In this document: positions 13,248-26,159 of the stretch, in pieces | Layout: the number at the start of each line of letters is the position of its first letter | How positions within the stretch are numbered: the stretch's first letter is position 1 | DNA from: Octopus vulgaris | Taxonomy: Eukaryota | Reading direction: 5' to 3' | Assembly (NCBI GenBank): GCA_951406725.2 | Contig: OX597826.1 | Coordinates: forward strand, 10,354,001 to 10,418,000 | Length of the DNA: 64,000 nucleotides | Program-made: the position numbers and the translations under genes | The notes under the pieces: model-generated | Told to the model about the DNA's origin: nothing | Seen by the model: the letters and a program-made list of their open reading frames with translations, nothing else | Database searches by the model: none

Positions 13248-13829
13248 TGAAAAATTTACTAAAAAATTATAGTGGAGTGTCCTGTATGTTGAAAACCTAT
13301 GTGGTCTTATGCAACCGAGGAGAGCGGCTTATTTCAAATTGATGTAATACTTGCATTGATCAATTAAATGGAGCGCTTGAATGGCTGGACATCCTTGTTA
13401 GTTATTTGCTTTTTATTCACTAACTTCAAGCTGTGCGGACGATACCGGACTGAGTTGGTGCTTCAACTTAGGTACCTAATTCAACTGAATCTTAATTATT
13501 TCTTATATATATGATGTGTGTGTGTGTGTGCGTATGTGTTGTGTGTGTGTTTGTGTGTGTGTTTGTTTGTTTGTGTGTGTTTGTGAGCATGTGCATGCGT
13601 GAGGGGAGTGTTTGACTTTCCACCACAGCCACCACTGGGAAACCAGTGATGGCTTGTTAATAGCTCCCATAACTTAATGGTTTGGGAAAAGAGACTGATA
13701 AAATAAATACCTGACTTTAAAAGGATCAGGTATTTGTTTGAGTAAAACTTTTTGAGGTGGTGCCACAGCCATGGCTGCAGTCCACTGATTGAAACAAATA
13801 AAAGTTGAAAGATAAAAGATATACATCCA

Positions 13830-13881
<52 letters not shown>

Positions 13882-14651
13882 TCAAATATAACATACAGGT
13901 GAATATTTAACATTGTATATTAGACAACCAATGTACTAAACATAGTTCAATGAAAACATCAAAGTTGTAAACTTGATGACTCCAACTGTTATACAGAACA
14001 CACATGTACAACATTTTCACACTAGTTGACAATGCTTTTACAACAAGGTATCGTAATAGCATATAAAACAGAACTTAAAACAAGGCTAGATATTAAAATA
14101 TTACTTGATAACACACAAAACCCTAAAATAGTTACAATGGAAAATTTATTAATTTATTTTATTAATAAAATTTTCATCATCTGTTAATGACTGTTTTCCA
14201 TGCTGGCATGGATTGAATGTTTTGACAGGAGCTGGCTAGCCACATGACTGTGCCATGTTCCAGTGTCTGCTTTGGCATAGTTTCTTTGGCTGGTTACTCT
14301 TTCTAGTCTAACCACTTTACAAGAGTGTACTGGGTATTTTCTTACATGGTACTGGCACCACTGAGATCACCAAGAAACTCATAAGACAAGTCTCCACAAC
14401 TCAGACGGGAGTAGTACTGAGGAAGGTGGCTTTATGTTATGTCATGAGAGGTTCAGGTATGATTGAGAGACAGAGACAAATGTCTTGTCGTGGGGGAGAT
14501 GTATGGTTATCTCAGTTGAAAAAAAAAAAAGAAAATATGTGTAGCAAAGATTTATCAGGGCATGTCCACAGTTACAGGAAAATGTACATGGATCAGCCGA
14601 AAAGTCCATAGGCTGACCAAGATACTCTCATGGAATGTGACCAAGTGAAAT

Positions 14652-15943
14652 TCATTTTTCAATATAGTCACCCTTGTGTTCCACATACTTCTTCCTTTGG
14701 TGTTGAAGAGCTAAAATCCCATTACTGAAGGAGCTTTCATCCTGTTGGTCAAAAAAGTCATCAACAGTAGATATGATGTTATCGTCACTGCGATACTGGT
14801 TCCCTGCCAAATGCTTTTTCATGTTGGAGAATAAATGATAGTCAGAAGGGGCCAAATCAAGAGAATATGGATGGTGATCAACTAGTTCAAAGCCACAGTC
14901 ACACTAAGAAGCCATTGAAACTAAGGACTGGAGCATTTCTTGATGAAACAAGACCCATCTCGTTAGTTTTCCTGGGCATTTGGTCTTGATAGTCTTTTGT
15001 ACCTGCCTCAGCAAGTTGGCATGGCATTCTCCATTGATGGTGTGACCCTTTTGAAGATAGTCAATAAACACAATGCCTTTTGCATCCCAAAACAACTGAG
15101 GCCATCACCTTCCCTGCAGATGAAATGACTTTGACTTTCTTTGGAGCAGATGAGGAGGAGTGTTTCCACTGCATGGATTGTCTCTTTGTCTCTGGCTCAA
15201 AGTGATGAAGCTAACATCCGTCCAGGGTTAGGAAACATTCAAGGAAATCAGCAGGATCTGCCTCAAACAATGTCAGATTTTCCTGTGATGTGATCAGCCT
15301 GGTGCATTTTGATCAGGGGTCAGAAGACATGGTGGCCACTGAACAGAAACCTTCACCATGCCAAATTCATTGTGCAGAATATCCTCAACTCTCTCAGGAG
15401 ATATGCTAGTAGCATTGACTATTAGATTTATAGTCACTTTCTTATTTCTTTATTATTTCTTTGCTACCCACAAGGGGCTAAGCATAGAGGGGACAAACAA
15501 GGACAGACAAAGGGATTAAGTCGATTACATCGACCCCAGTGTGTAACTGGTACTATCGATCCCGAAAGGATGAAAGGCAAAGTCAACCTCAGTGGAATTT
15601 GAACTCAGAACGTAAAGACAGAAGAAATACCTCTAAGCGTTTCGCCTGGTGTGCTAACATTTATACCAGCTCGCCACCTTTTAGAGCCACTTGCTTGTCA
15701 TCCATCACCATGTGCTGAACACAATCAATGTTTACCTCAGTTTGGTAGTTGCAGGACATCCAGACCTTGGATCATCTTCGTGACTCTCCCTTCCCTTCCT
15801 AAATTCAGTTACCCAGTTTTGCACTGTTGATAAAGCTGGAATGTCCTCCTGTAATGTAGTAAGTGTGTTTGGATGAATGTCATTGGACACTAAATCCTTT
15901 TTCTGCAGGTACTTAATAACAGCATGATGTGAAATTTTGTCTA
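14652..15943 (-). pseudogene. Mariner DD34D transposase pseudogene
   Basis: HPYSLDLAPSDYHLF (YSPDLAPSD motif), FWDAKGIVFIDYLQKGHTING, C-terminal GDYIEK*, N-terminal DKI.H.AVIKYLQKK; frameshifted and interrupted. Confidence 0.9.
15440..15681 (-). mobile_element. SINE-B inserted in the mariner
   Basis: Full SINE-B monomer; degenerate TSD ttatagtcactt / ttagagccactt. Confidence 0.88.
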
Positions 15944-16026
15944 TTTTTCAGAGGAATTACTTTTCAAGTCTTCTTTGAACAGTTTACCTGAAATGAAACA
16001 ATGCAGTTAATAAGAGTTGAAATTAA

Positions 16027-16246
16027 CTCTTTCGTTACCAACCTGGCTGAAACCGGTTCTGGCTCTGAGTACAAATGTCTTGTTTTCATAAGTTTTGAAT
16101 TAAAATCTTCCACCAAACCCTAGTCACAATCTATGTTCTTAACACTAGCTGAATGATAACTAAGTTATTTTATTAGATTCTTTGTTATATTCAAAGTAAT
16201 TCAAAGTAACACAGAGCATCTCAAAATAAATACAGTAACGAAAGGG
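16027..16246 (+). mobile_element. piggyBac-type MITE-1 (220 bp)
   Basis: TTAA TSDs at 16023-26 and 16247-50; TIR c(t/c)ctttcgttac / gtaacgaaaggg; further copies at 46886 and 48826. Confidence 0.9.
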
Positions 16247-16622
16247 TTAATGCATGAAAAATTTCACAGCTCTAGCATCACTCTTTCACAGTCAACCTAT
16301 GAACTTTTCAGCACTCCCACAAATGTTAGAGAAATGGTATGGATGATTAAGTGTGTGAGTGTATGAAAGGAGCTAGGCAGGTGGGTAGAGATGGGGATAG
16401 AGGAAATGAGAAAAGCAAACTAAAACTCAATATGTATATTACACATGTGAAGTAAACTTGAAAATAACCAAGAGTTAAGCCTTAAAAATTAAATGAAATG
16501 ACTATGATTTGGTAGGTTATATTGCATTCTCATAATCCTTTGAATCTTACTACAATATGTGATGACACAGCACCACAACCTTCATTTTTCAGAAGATGAG
16601 AACTAGAAGATTTGGAAATCTT

Positions 16623-17546
16623 ATTGGACCTAGTTACATTATTGTTCAACCTAAACATAAATGTTGAATACGAAAATATGAAAAATCTCTCTATCTCTCT
16701 TTATATATATATATATATAGGCGCAGGAGTGGCTGTTTGGTAAGTAGCTTGCTAACCAACCACATGGTTCCGGGTTCAGTCCCACTGCGTGGCATCTTGG
16801 GCAAGTGTCTTCTGCTATAGCCCCGGGCCGACCAATGCCTTGTGAGTGGATTTGGTAGACGGAAACTGAAAGAAGCCTGTCGTATATATGTATATATATA
16901 TAAGTGTGTGTGAATATGTTTGTGTGTCTGTGTTTGTTCCCCTAGCATTGCTTGACAACCGATGCTGGTGTGTTTACGTCCCCGTCACTTAGCGGTTCGG
17001 CAAAAGAGACTGATAGAATAAGTACTGGGCTTACAAAGAATAAGTCCCGGGGTCGATTTGCTCGACTAAAGGCGGTGCTCCAGCATTGGACCTAGTTACA
17101 TTATTGTTCAACCTAAACATAAATGTTGAATACGAAAATATGAAAAATCTCTCTATCTCTCTTTATATATATATATATATAGGCGCAGGAGTGGCTGTTT
17201 GGTAAGTAGCTTGCTAACCAACCACATGGTTCCGGGTTCAGTCCCACTGCGTGGCATCTTGGGCAAGTGTCTTCTGCTATAGCCCCGGGCCGACCAATGC
17301 CTTGTGAGTGGATTTGGTAGACGGAAACTGAAAGAAGCCTGTCGTATATATGTATATATATATAAGTGTGTGTGAATATGTTTGTGTGTCTGTGTTTGTT
17401 CCCCTAGCATTGCTTGACAACCGATGCTGGTGTGTTTACGTCCCCGTCACTTAGCGGTTCGGCAAAAGAGACTGATAGAATAAGTACTGGGCTTACAAAG
17501 AATAAGTCCCGGGGTCGATTTGCTCGACTAAAGGCGGTGCTCCAGC
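16623..17546 (+). repeat. Apparently perfect 462-bp tandem duplication containing a young SINE-A
   Basis: 16623-17084 repeats as 17085-17546; identical 85-aa ORFs lie 462 bp apart. Confidence 0.92.
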
Positions 17547-17600
17547 ATGGCCGCAGTCAAATGACTGAAACAAGTAAAAAGAGTAAAAAGAGAAAGAGTA
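17180..17600 (+). mobile_element. SINE-A, young full-length copy
   Basis: ggcgcaggagtggctg...ggttccgggttcagtccc...cagtcaaatgactgaaacaagtaaaa; CpGs retained. Confidence 0.92.
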
Positions 17601-17924
17601 ATATATATATATATATATATACCATCATCATCATCATCATCATCGTTTAAACGTCCGCTTTCCATGCTAGCATGGGTATATAATATGTGTGTGTGTAAAT
17701 ATATTTATCAAGTAGGTTGGATCTGGAACTGACATTAGATTGTGAAACTGCATGCCGGCATGCATAGGTGTATACAGGTGTGTGTTTGTATATGGTATGT
17801 ACTTGGATGTGCAGATCTCAACCCTCACTTGGTGTCCTTAATATTGAAATGTCAAAAAGTCACATGTTAAAAAAAGAACCACTCTGTATAGGAAATAGAA
17901 CTAAATAATTTCATACACATATAT

Positions 17925-18083
17925 AGGTGCAGGAGTGGCTGTGTGGTAAGTAGCTTGCTTATGAACCACATGGTTCTGGGTTCAGTCCCACTGCATGGCA
18001 CCTTGGGCAAATGTCTTCTACTATAGCCTCGGGCTGACCAAAGCCTTGTGAATGGATTTGGTAGATGGAAACTGAAAGAAACT

Positions 18084-18139
<56 letters not shown>

Positions 18140-18352
18140 ATATGTTTGTCTCCCCAACATCGCTTGACAACCGATGCTGGTGTATTTTCGTCCCCGTAAC
18201 TTAGCGGTTCGGCAAAAGAGACCGATAGAATAAGTACCAGGCTTACAAAGAATAAGTCCTGGGGTCAATTTGCTTCACTAAAGGCGGTGCTCCAGCATGG
18301 CCACAGTCAAATGACTGAAACAAGTAAAAGAGTAAAGGAGAGTAGAGTAAGA
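17925..18352 (+). mobile_element. SINE-A
   Basis: Full-length match to the family. Confidence 0.9.
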
Positions 18353-18384
18353 GTACAAACACACACACATATACATCTTTTACC

Positions 18385-18765
18385 TTTTACATTTTACTTG
18401 TTTCAGTCATGTGACTGCGGCCATGCTGGAGCACCAACTTGAAGAATTTTTAATTGACTGAATTAACCCCAGCATTTATATTTTTTAAGCTTGGTACTTA
18501 TTTTATCTGTCTCTTTTGCTGAACCTCTAAGTTACAGGGACCTAAACACCCTAACACTGGTTGGGGGACAAACGCAGATGCAAAGACTCACACACACACA
18601 CATGATGAACTTCTTTCAGTTTCTGTCTATCATATCCACTTACAAGGCTTTGGTCTACTTGAGGTGGTAGTAGAATACACTTACCCGAGGTGCTTGCAGT
18701 GGGACTGAACCCCGAACCTTGTGGCCGGAATGCAAGCTTCCTACCACACAGTCATGCCTGCGCCT
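18385..18765 (-). mobile_element. SINE-A, inverted relative to the adjacent copy
   Basis: Reverse-complement match, tail-to-tail with 17925-18352. Confidence 0.85.
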
Positions 18766-19199
18766 ATATAATAAACACACACACACACGCGCATACATAT
18801 ATATAGCTCTTTTACTTGTGTCAATAATTATACAACAGTTATACTGGGGTGCTGCCTTGAAGCATCTTTTTATGTCAGTCAACCATATTAACCCCATATT
18901 CATTTTTTAAAAGTCTGCTATGTATTTTATCGATTTCTGTTTAACACACTTCTAAGTCATGGGTCCCAAAATGCACACAGTTTTTTTTTAGACAAATGTA
19001 AACACAACCATGCCCCCACGACACCTATCATTTCCATTCACAAGATAGAAAACATTCAACATGTCAGGTAGAAGGATTGAACCTGAGACCCTGAGATTAT
19101 GTGGTTGCAAAGAAACATCTTAACTAACCAACCATGACTATACATACATATACACCTAACCACTGAAATACATATATTTCTGTTCAAATTTTGAAACAT

Positions 19200-19868
19200 A
19201 CACACACACATGTATGTATGTATGTATGCATGTATGTATGTATTATGTATGTATGTATGTGTATGTGTGCATGTATGTATGTATGTATGTGTGTATGTAT
19301 GTGTGTATGTATGTATATATGTATGTATGTGTGTATGTGTGTACGTATGTATGTATGTGTGTATGTGTGTATGTATGTATGTATGTGTGTATGTGTGTAT
19401 GTATGTATGTGTGTATGTATGTATGTATGTACGTGTGTATGTATGTATGTATGTGTATGTATGTATGTATGTGTGTATGTATGTGTGTGTGTGTATGTAT
19501 GTATGCATGTTTATATGTATACATACATAAATACAAACACACACACATGTATATATATATATACATATGTCTGTATGCATGCATATGTTTGTGTATATTT
19601 GTTTTATAATTATCATTTAATGTTTTTCATACTAACATGAGTAACACACACACACATACAATGTATGTCTAATACAAACACTGACTTGCATTTTTATCTA
19701 TGTGTATATATGTATTTGTATATATGTGTGTATATATGTGTATATGTATATAGATAGATAGATAAATAGACAGATATATGTATATATAAAGCTTTATAAC
19801 ACATGTATGTGTATAAAGAATAATTGCATTGTACAAAAACATATTTCTATAATTTATAGAAAGGCATA

Positions 19869-19907
<39 letters not shown>

Positions 19908-19942
19908 CACATTTATATATACATATATATATACACACACAC

Positions 19943-20023
<81 letters not shown>

Positions 20024-20349
20024 CACATCTATATATACATACATATATATACACACACACGTTTATACACACACACATATATATATATATGATATTCATA
20101 CATATATATATATATATATGATATTCATACATATAATACACAGATATATGCATATACATTTTATATCTACACATGTATCCAGTATAAATAGCCCAGTGTG
20201 TGAAATATATATATATACATATATATATTAGTATGTATATATGTATATGTATATATCTATATCTATCTATCTCTCTCTCTATATATATATGTATGAATGT
20301 ATATATATATATGTGTGTGTGTGTATATATATATATGTATACTTTCTGG

Positions 20350-20400
<51 letters not shown>
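19200..20400. repeat. Compound (GTAT)n/(TG)n/(TA)n microsatellite field
   Basis: Direct low-complexity repeats; source of the YVCM/HTYI ORFs. Confidence 0.95.
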
Positions 20401-20405
<5 letters not shown>

Positions 20406-21039
20406 CTAGCCAAATATAATATCGTTCAATATTCCAAATTTACTCTTGTTAGGCTTGTAAAAATTAGTTTTAGTCGACACACACAGATAATATAGATATG
20501 CATATACACACACATAGTTAAATATAAAAATGGATGCTCTTGATAATTAGGGTAGTGTATTTTAACGCAAACTACTAGAAAATATTCGTCACACCATTCC
20601 TAGATCAGCTATGAATTTCATGTTGACTGGTTTTTCCTTTAGCAAAACGTATTTTGTAATAGTTTGGAAAATACAACAATGAATGAAAGAGATAAACATT
20701 GTAAAAGCTGGAGAAAAACTGGGTCTAAGAAAGCACCGAAAAGTACATAAGACATTGCATAGAAGTAATAAAAGAAAAATAAACAAACAAACACACACAT
20801 CCCTCCTCCCAATTCATCTTTTATTTAGTTACCAAACACACAGTGTCAACTCACAACTTAAAACCCAATTGGTTAATTTCAGCTGTTATAATAACCCCCG
20901 CGGCAAATATATTGAGAGAAAAAAATAGGTTTTAACTATTAAAAAATCACTTTTGAAAAAGTGCAATATTATGAAACAGTTTCATTTAAATTTTATATAT
21001 GCATTTGAAAACTTTCTATGCGTAAATTTTATTTTATGT

Positions 21040-21640
21040 CAATTAAAAATCTAAATATTCGCCGGCGTAACTCAGCTGTTCTTTTTACCTCCTACGAAAT
21101 TCATAAAATGGCTGTCTATGAATGGATATATCGTGGTACTAAGTACTATTATGGTTGAATAATTGAAATTTCCACTATTTAAAATATTGAAATAAAGTTA
21201 TAAATGGAATAAGAGTTCAATGGAGCATTAGCAACCGTTGGTTAAATTTTATTGCTAGAGTATGTTTTTACTTTTGTGAGCCTTTGAATGCTGTCCCGTA
21301 TCGATGAGTAGTAAGCAAAGAGGTTAGCAGCAGCAGGCTCCCCCCTCTGCGCATTCCCTCTCTCTGTCTTTCTCTCTCTTCAGCTTCCCCCATTCTTAGT
21401 TTAACCTATCATTAACCAAGCTGATTTATTATGTGGGTCACTCTTAACATTATTATTAAACCAACATGGCGGAGTGCTAACGTGGTGCGCTATTAAACTG
21501 GAACGGCGTGAAAACGCAGCTTTTTTTGGGCCCGTGGCACCGATTGCAAGCTATGACAGCGAAGGTGAGTATTTTGTTGTGGGCTGAGAGGGCCCGTTTA
21601 GGACCCTGAAATAACGGTTAGCGCGTCAGGCCGAGTTAAC
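21040..21640 (+). promoter_or_regulatory. Probable Pol II promoter / CpG-retaining region
   Basis: Local GC and CpG enrichment, YY1-like AACATGGCGG (21463-21472) and AAAATGGCTG (~21106), CT-rich tract at 21340-21390, no young SINEs. Confidence 0.6.
21460..21564 (+). other. Putative first exon of an unidentified gene (5' boundary approximate)
   Basis: Ends at the consensus donor AAG|GTGAGT (21565-21570). ATG ACA GCG AAG (MTAK, phase 0) at 21553; upstream ATG GCG GAG TGC TAA mini-ORF at 21466. Confidence 0.6.
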
Positions 21641-22847
21641 AGTTATGTTCTTTTGTGCTACTTTGTATATGTACTCTATATATGTATCTCTCTCTTTGTA
21701 CCTTTCTTCCTGTCTATCTCTTTCCAGCACGCACACCTACACTGCGCATAATCATATACATTCGTGCACACAAACTTCAACAGACACTACTGTACACCTA
21801 CACACGCGCACACACTTATCATCGCTCTACAAAGGGGAGAACATCTCTTTGTCACCAAGGAAAGTCTCATAATAACAAAAACAAGCGTATAAAAGAACAA
21901 CAAAACAATAATAATCACGAAAAGAAAGAAAAATTATGATGTTCCGTTATGTTGTAAAAGAATACAAAAAAGAATAAATAGAAATTGTCAAAGAGAAAGT
22001 AAGCTCTGAATATTTTGCGAAACGATCGCTGGATCCTTTTAAAACTGGAAAAAAGTGGACAAGAGAATTCCTTTTGTGTTGATTTTTTAAATGTATGATT
22101 GTTATTAAAAAATACAACAGAATTTAAGACAATTAGAAATACTTCTACGTACTTTCTAGGCCCTGTGTATTTAGATTTTCTTTTTGTTTTCAAAATTTCT
22201 TTCCCGGTTGCTTTAATACATTTTTTTTTGTATCTTCGCGCACATGTAAGGTTTGGTTTTATTTTAGAATTTAAAGAAATGCAAGTAAAAATATTCTTTA
22301 TTGTCAATGAATTATGTTTTTGGCTCCTACATGTTTAGACGGTAGGCTCAGATTTTCAAACTGGTAAAACATTTATTAAAAAGAATAAATCCCTTAAGGG
22401 CAGCTGAAGCGCTTTATGGTGCTTTCCCCTCACCCTTTGTATTTTTTAAGCTATTTTATGCATTTTCCCCTTGTGTTGATATTTCCTTCAGTAAGGAAAC
22501 GAAACCGGCAATTCGTTCACCAATTTTAGCTCAGTTCTTCTATTCCCCCAGTTTGTATATTTTAAAAATCAATACTGGATTTATTTGGTAACGGCTTTTT
22601 GCGGAATTTTCTCTATATTTCGTTGCAGTCATTCCATAAATGCTTTGTTTCCTTTTGTTCTACTTCCTTCACTCCGACACTGGATCACTCTTCCATCCTT
22701 TCTTTTCCCCCTTTTTTGCATTCACATCATCCGCGGTTTGTAATCTGTTTATATATATATATATATATATAATGTATGTTCGGAAACATTTAATCCTTCT
22801 GAATTCGTAACCCTCGTTTACATAAACTAAAACGTTTGTATTAGTTT

Positions 22848-22858
22848 CTATCTGTCTG

Positions 22859-22928
<70 letters not shown>

Positions 22929-22935
22929 CCTCTCT

Positions 22936-22997
<62 letters not shown>
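22848..22997. repeat. (CTAT)n followed by (CT)n
   Basis: Direct repeat. Confidence 0.95.
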
Positions 22998-22998
<1 letters not shown>

Positions 22999-23291
22999 AA
23001 TGCACACGCGCGAGCGCGTGTGTGCATTTATTTTGTAAACACACGCACATATATGTTTATGTGTTAAGGAGGTGATATGAATCTGGGGTGAATCAGTACG
23101 GGGAACTACCATACTCGGACCCTTTCAAGAAAGAGTTCTTCTAATCGTTATTGTAAATTCGTTGTGGCAGATGCGGCCCGACCCATAGGCAATTTCCCCT
23201 TGTCCGTATCTAAACTTATTGTTCGGTATTCATTTATCTTTGCTATCCAAATTTATTATTTTATTTTTTATATCTTTTCGAAAATGATATG

Positions 23292-23311
23292 AAACAATCT
23301 CTCTGTGCCAG

Positions 23312-23362
<51 letters not shown>

Positions 23363-23408
23363 AAACAATCTATCTGTGCCAGTATATATGTATGTATATA
23401 TACATACA

Positions 23409-23460
<52 letters not shown>

Positions 23461-23479
23461 AAACAATCTCTCTGTGCCA

Positions 23480-23520
<41 letters not shown>
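23292..23520 (+). repeat. Three copies of aaacaatctctctgtgccagt, each followed by (TA)n
   Basis: Copies at ~23292, ~23363 and ~23461. Confidence 0.9.
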
Positions 23521-23522
<2 letters not shown>

Positions 23523-26117
23523 TGTATGTACGTATATATACACGCGCGCGCAATGTGTATATGCGAGGAAGGATCTGTGTGTGAGTGCGCGATGTGCGTG
23601 TGTGTGTGTGCACGGGTGCTCTTAAAAGTACACTCTGCTCGAGATCTAAACGATATCTATCATACATCGCACGTTCCTCTTCTCTGTATTATTCTCATGT
23701 TATTAGATTTGCAAATCGATCTCTATCCATTTTCTCCATCCTTCCTCAAACCCTCCTCATCCCGGAATATATATTTCTTATTTCCGTTTTTATTTCTCTT
23801 CCAAGAAGTACTTTTATTTACTTATTACATTCTACCTTTGTTTCCGTAACTGGGATTTTCTCATCTTTTCGCTGATGTTGCATCTCTCTGCCGATTATAC
23901 GCACATTTCAAACATCAACACACGTGCAGCAAATGCATTTAGTTTGTATGTGTGTTTGTGCAAGTGTGTACTTTTAACTACGCATTATTAATTTTCTTTT
24001 TAATATTTCAATACATTTGTCCCAAAAAAAGATTTGAGTTTTTTTTACCCCCCACGCAATCAATGTAAATAATGAACGTTTCTAGAATTTAAAAATTACA
24101 CTCCTGATTGTTCTTGTGACAATTTGCTAATTAATTGACTCCACTGTAATAATAATATTGGTACTTTTATCGACCCCGGTGAAATATTCGTTGATGATTT
24201 ATTTTACTGGGTCGATACAATAAATACCAGCAATATACGAGGTCGGTTCAATCGATTCTATCCCTATTCTGTGAAAAGTTCTAAAAGGTAGCATCGTGAT
24301 TATGAATCTAGCTATAAACAAAACAATTAAATACATTATTCCCTTACATTCCTCGGTTTTCTCCGTTGTAAACACAGACTCCGTTAAATATACGCATTTG
24401 AGTGAAATATACACATATTTATTATGATTATTAGTATTGTTTACGTCTTTACTTCTTCATGTTTATTTTAGAATCGTTATTTAATTTGAACCTTTGCTTT
24501 TTTTTCCCCAACTTTTTTTTGGTAGTGATCTTAAGGGCGATTGGAAACAGGTAATTGGGAGGGAAAAACGTGTTCCATTTACTGCTACTAAACTATGTTG
24601 CTTAGTAGTCCAGTGTGTTTTCGTGTCATGTTTGTCTTCTAGTGTCCACCTTTTCTTTCTTTCTTTTCTTCTTTGCCACAATAACACACTTTCGATTCAG
24701 CATACATTCCCTTTCAATTTTTTGGGTCTGTTTTTCTTTTTCCACCTCTCTTTTTTGTTGAATTTTCCCACTTCTTTCCGAAACTGTTAATTTTACTCTT
24801 AATCTGTGTGTAAGTGCGTGTGTGTGTGTGTGTGTGTGTGTACAATGATGCGTGTGTATTTGAGAAAATAAACTTTGCTGTCTTAGCCAAACCAATTTAA
24901 ATTCAATGTTTTATGTATTTTTAATTTGTTACACTAAATCGCTAATTATCTTTCTTCCAGATTATTATTAAAAGGTTTTCATAGATGCATCATAGCTTGT
25001 TGCATTATAGTTAACCCGTCCACATTCCATCTTTAATTTAATGTTTGGTCTAGTGCCCTTCTTAAGGTCAAATATCTTTCTTTGATTAATAAGTCACAAC
25101 TTTTCAAAATTTACATTTTCAGTCGTTCCAGATTCCTCGTATTTATTTTCTAAAGAGAATTTAATCCGATTCATTTAGCTTCATCCTAGTTATATTTACG
25201 ATAGTCGTCATCATGTTATCATTATCGCCATAATTATTATTAATTTAATTAACCACTATCTGAAAAGAAAAAAAAAAATTCCATTTTGGAAATCCTCTCT
25301 GGTGCCATTCTACAATTGTTTTAATTTTTATTCAGTTCGGTTCAAATATATGGGTTCGAATCATTAAGAAAAGTATGAATGAAAAAAGAAATTTCAGAGG
25401 AGAGACAGAGAGAAAAAATAAAGTGTAAAGGAGAAAAACGCGAGAAAGAGGGAGTATGCGTGTGAAGGAGTAAGTGTGTGTGTGTGTGAAAGAGAGAGAG
25501 AGAAAAGTGTTTTGAAAAAGATAGTGAAAGTACATTTTGGGTATTTGACAGGAGTAGGGGTGGTCGTTCGAAAAAGCAAGGAAAAAGAATAACAGAAAGT
25601 AAATCGCCTAAAGATTGTATACAGTGCTGAGTTAGCGTTATTGGGTAAATGTCAGGAAGGCTTGTGATATATTTCGCGGTTTATTTGGACTTTTAGAATA
25701 TATACATGTATATATATTTTTGCGATTTTTCAATATTCTTAATTAATCTACGCATTTAGACGTTTGTTTTAGCGTGTTAATGTCGACATGGAAGGAAAAG
25801 AGAGAGTCGGCTGCGGACTGGCCTGATTGACTAGTCGACAACATCTTTTGATCGCTTCAGTTTTAACCGATATAGATGCCAAAACAAGTTATTTGTATCG
25901 ATTTAAATTTAAAATAATCGATTAAAACCAAGTTTCGTTAGCTTTTTCATCATCGTTACTAATTACACTTTCTCCCTCGCACCTTCCTCTCCTCACCACC
26001 ATTCTCTCTCTCTCTCTCTCCTTCCTCCCTCCCAACTCTCTCCCGTTTCCTCCAATCTCCATCACTTTTACTTCCAACCCCTCTCAATCTCTCTCTCTCT
26101 CTCTTTCCTTCTTCTCC

Positions 26118-26159
<42 letters not shown>

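Larger units (their letters stand above)
14587..16321 (-). mobile_element. Decayed full-length mariner (irritans/Himar-like) with nested SINE-B and piggyBac MITE
   Basis: TIRs gccgaaaagtccataggctgac (~14596) and gtcaacctatgaacttttcagc (~16291); TA at 14585-14586. Confidence 0.85.

Noticed and set aside
16691-17410. Two identical 85-aa ORFs suggesting a gene duplication
   Set aside because: Antisense translation of SINE-A within the 462-bp duplication.
23292-23520. CRISPR-like repeat-spacer appearance
   Set aside because: The spacers are (TA)n, the context is eukaryotic, and there are no cas genes.
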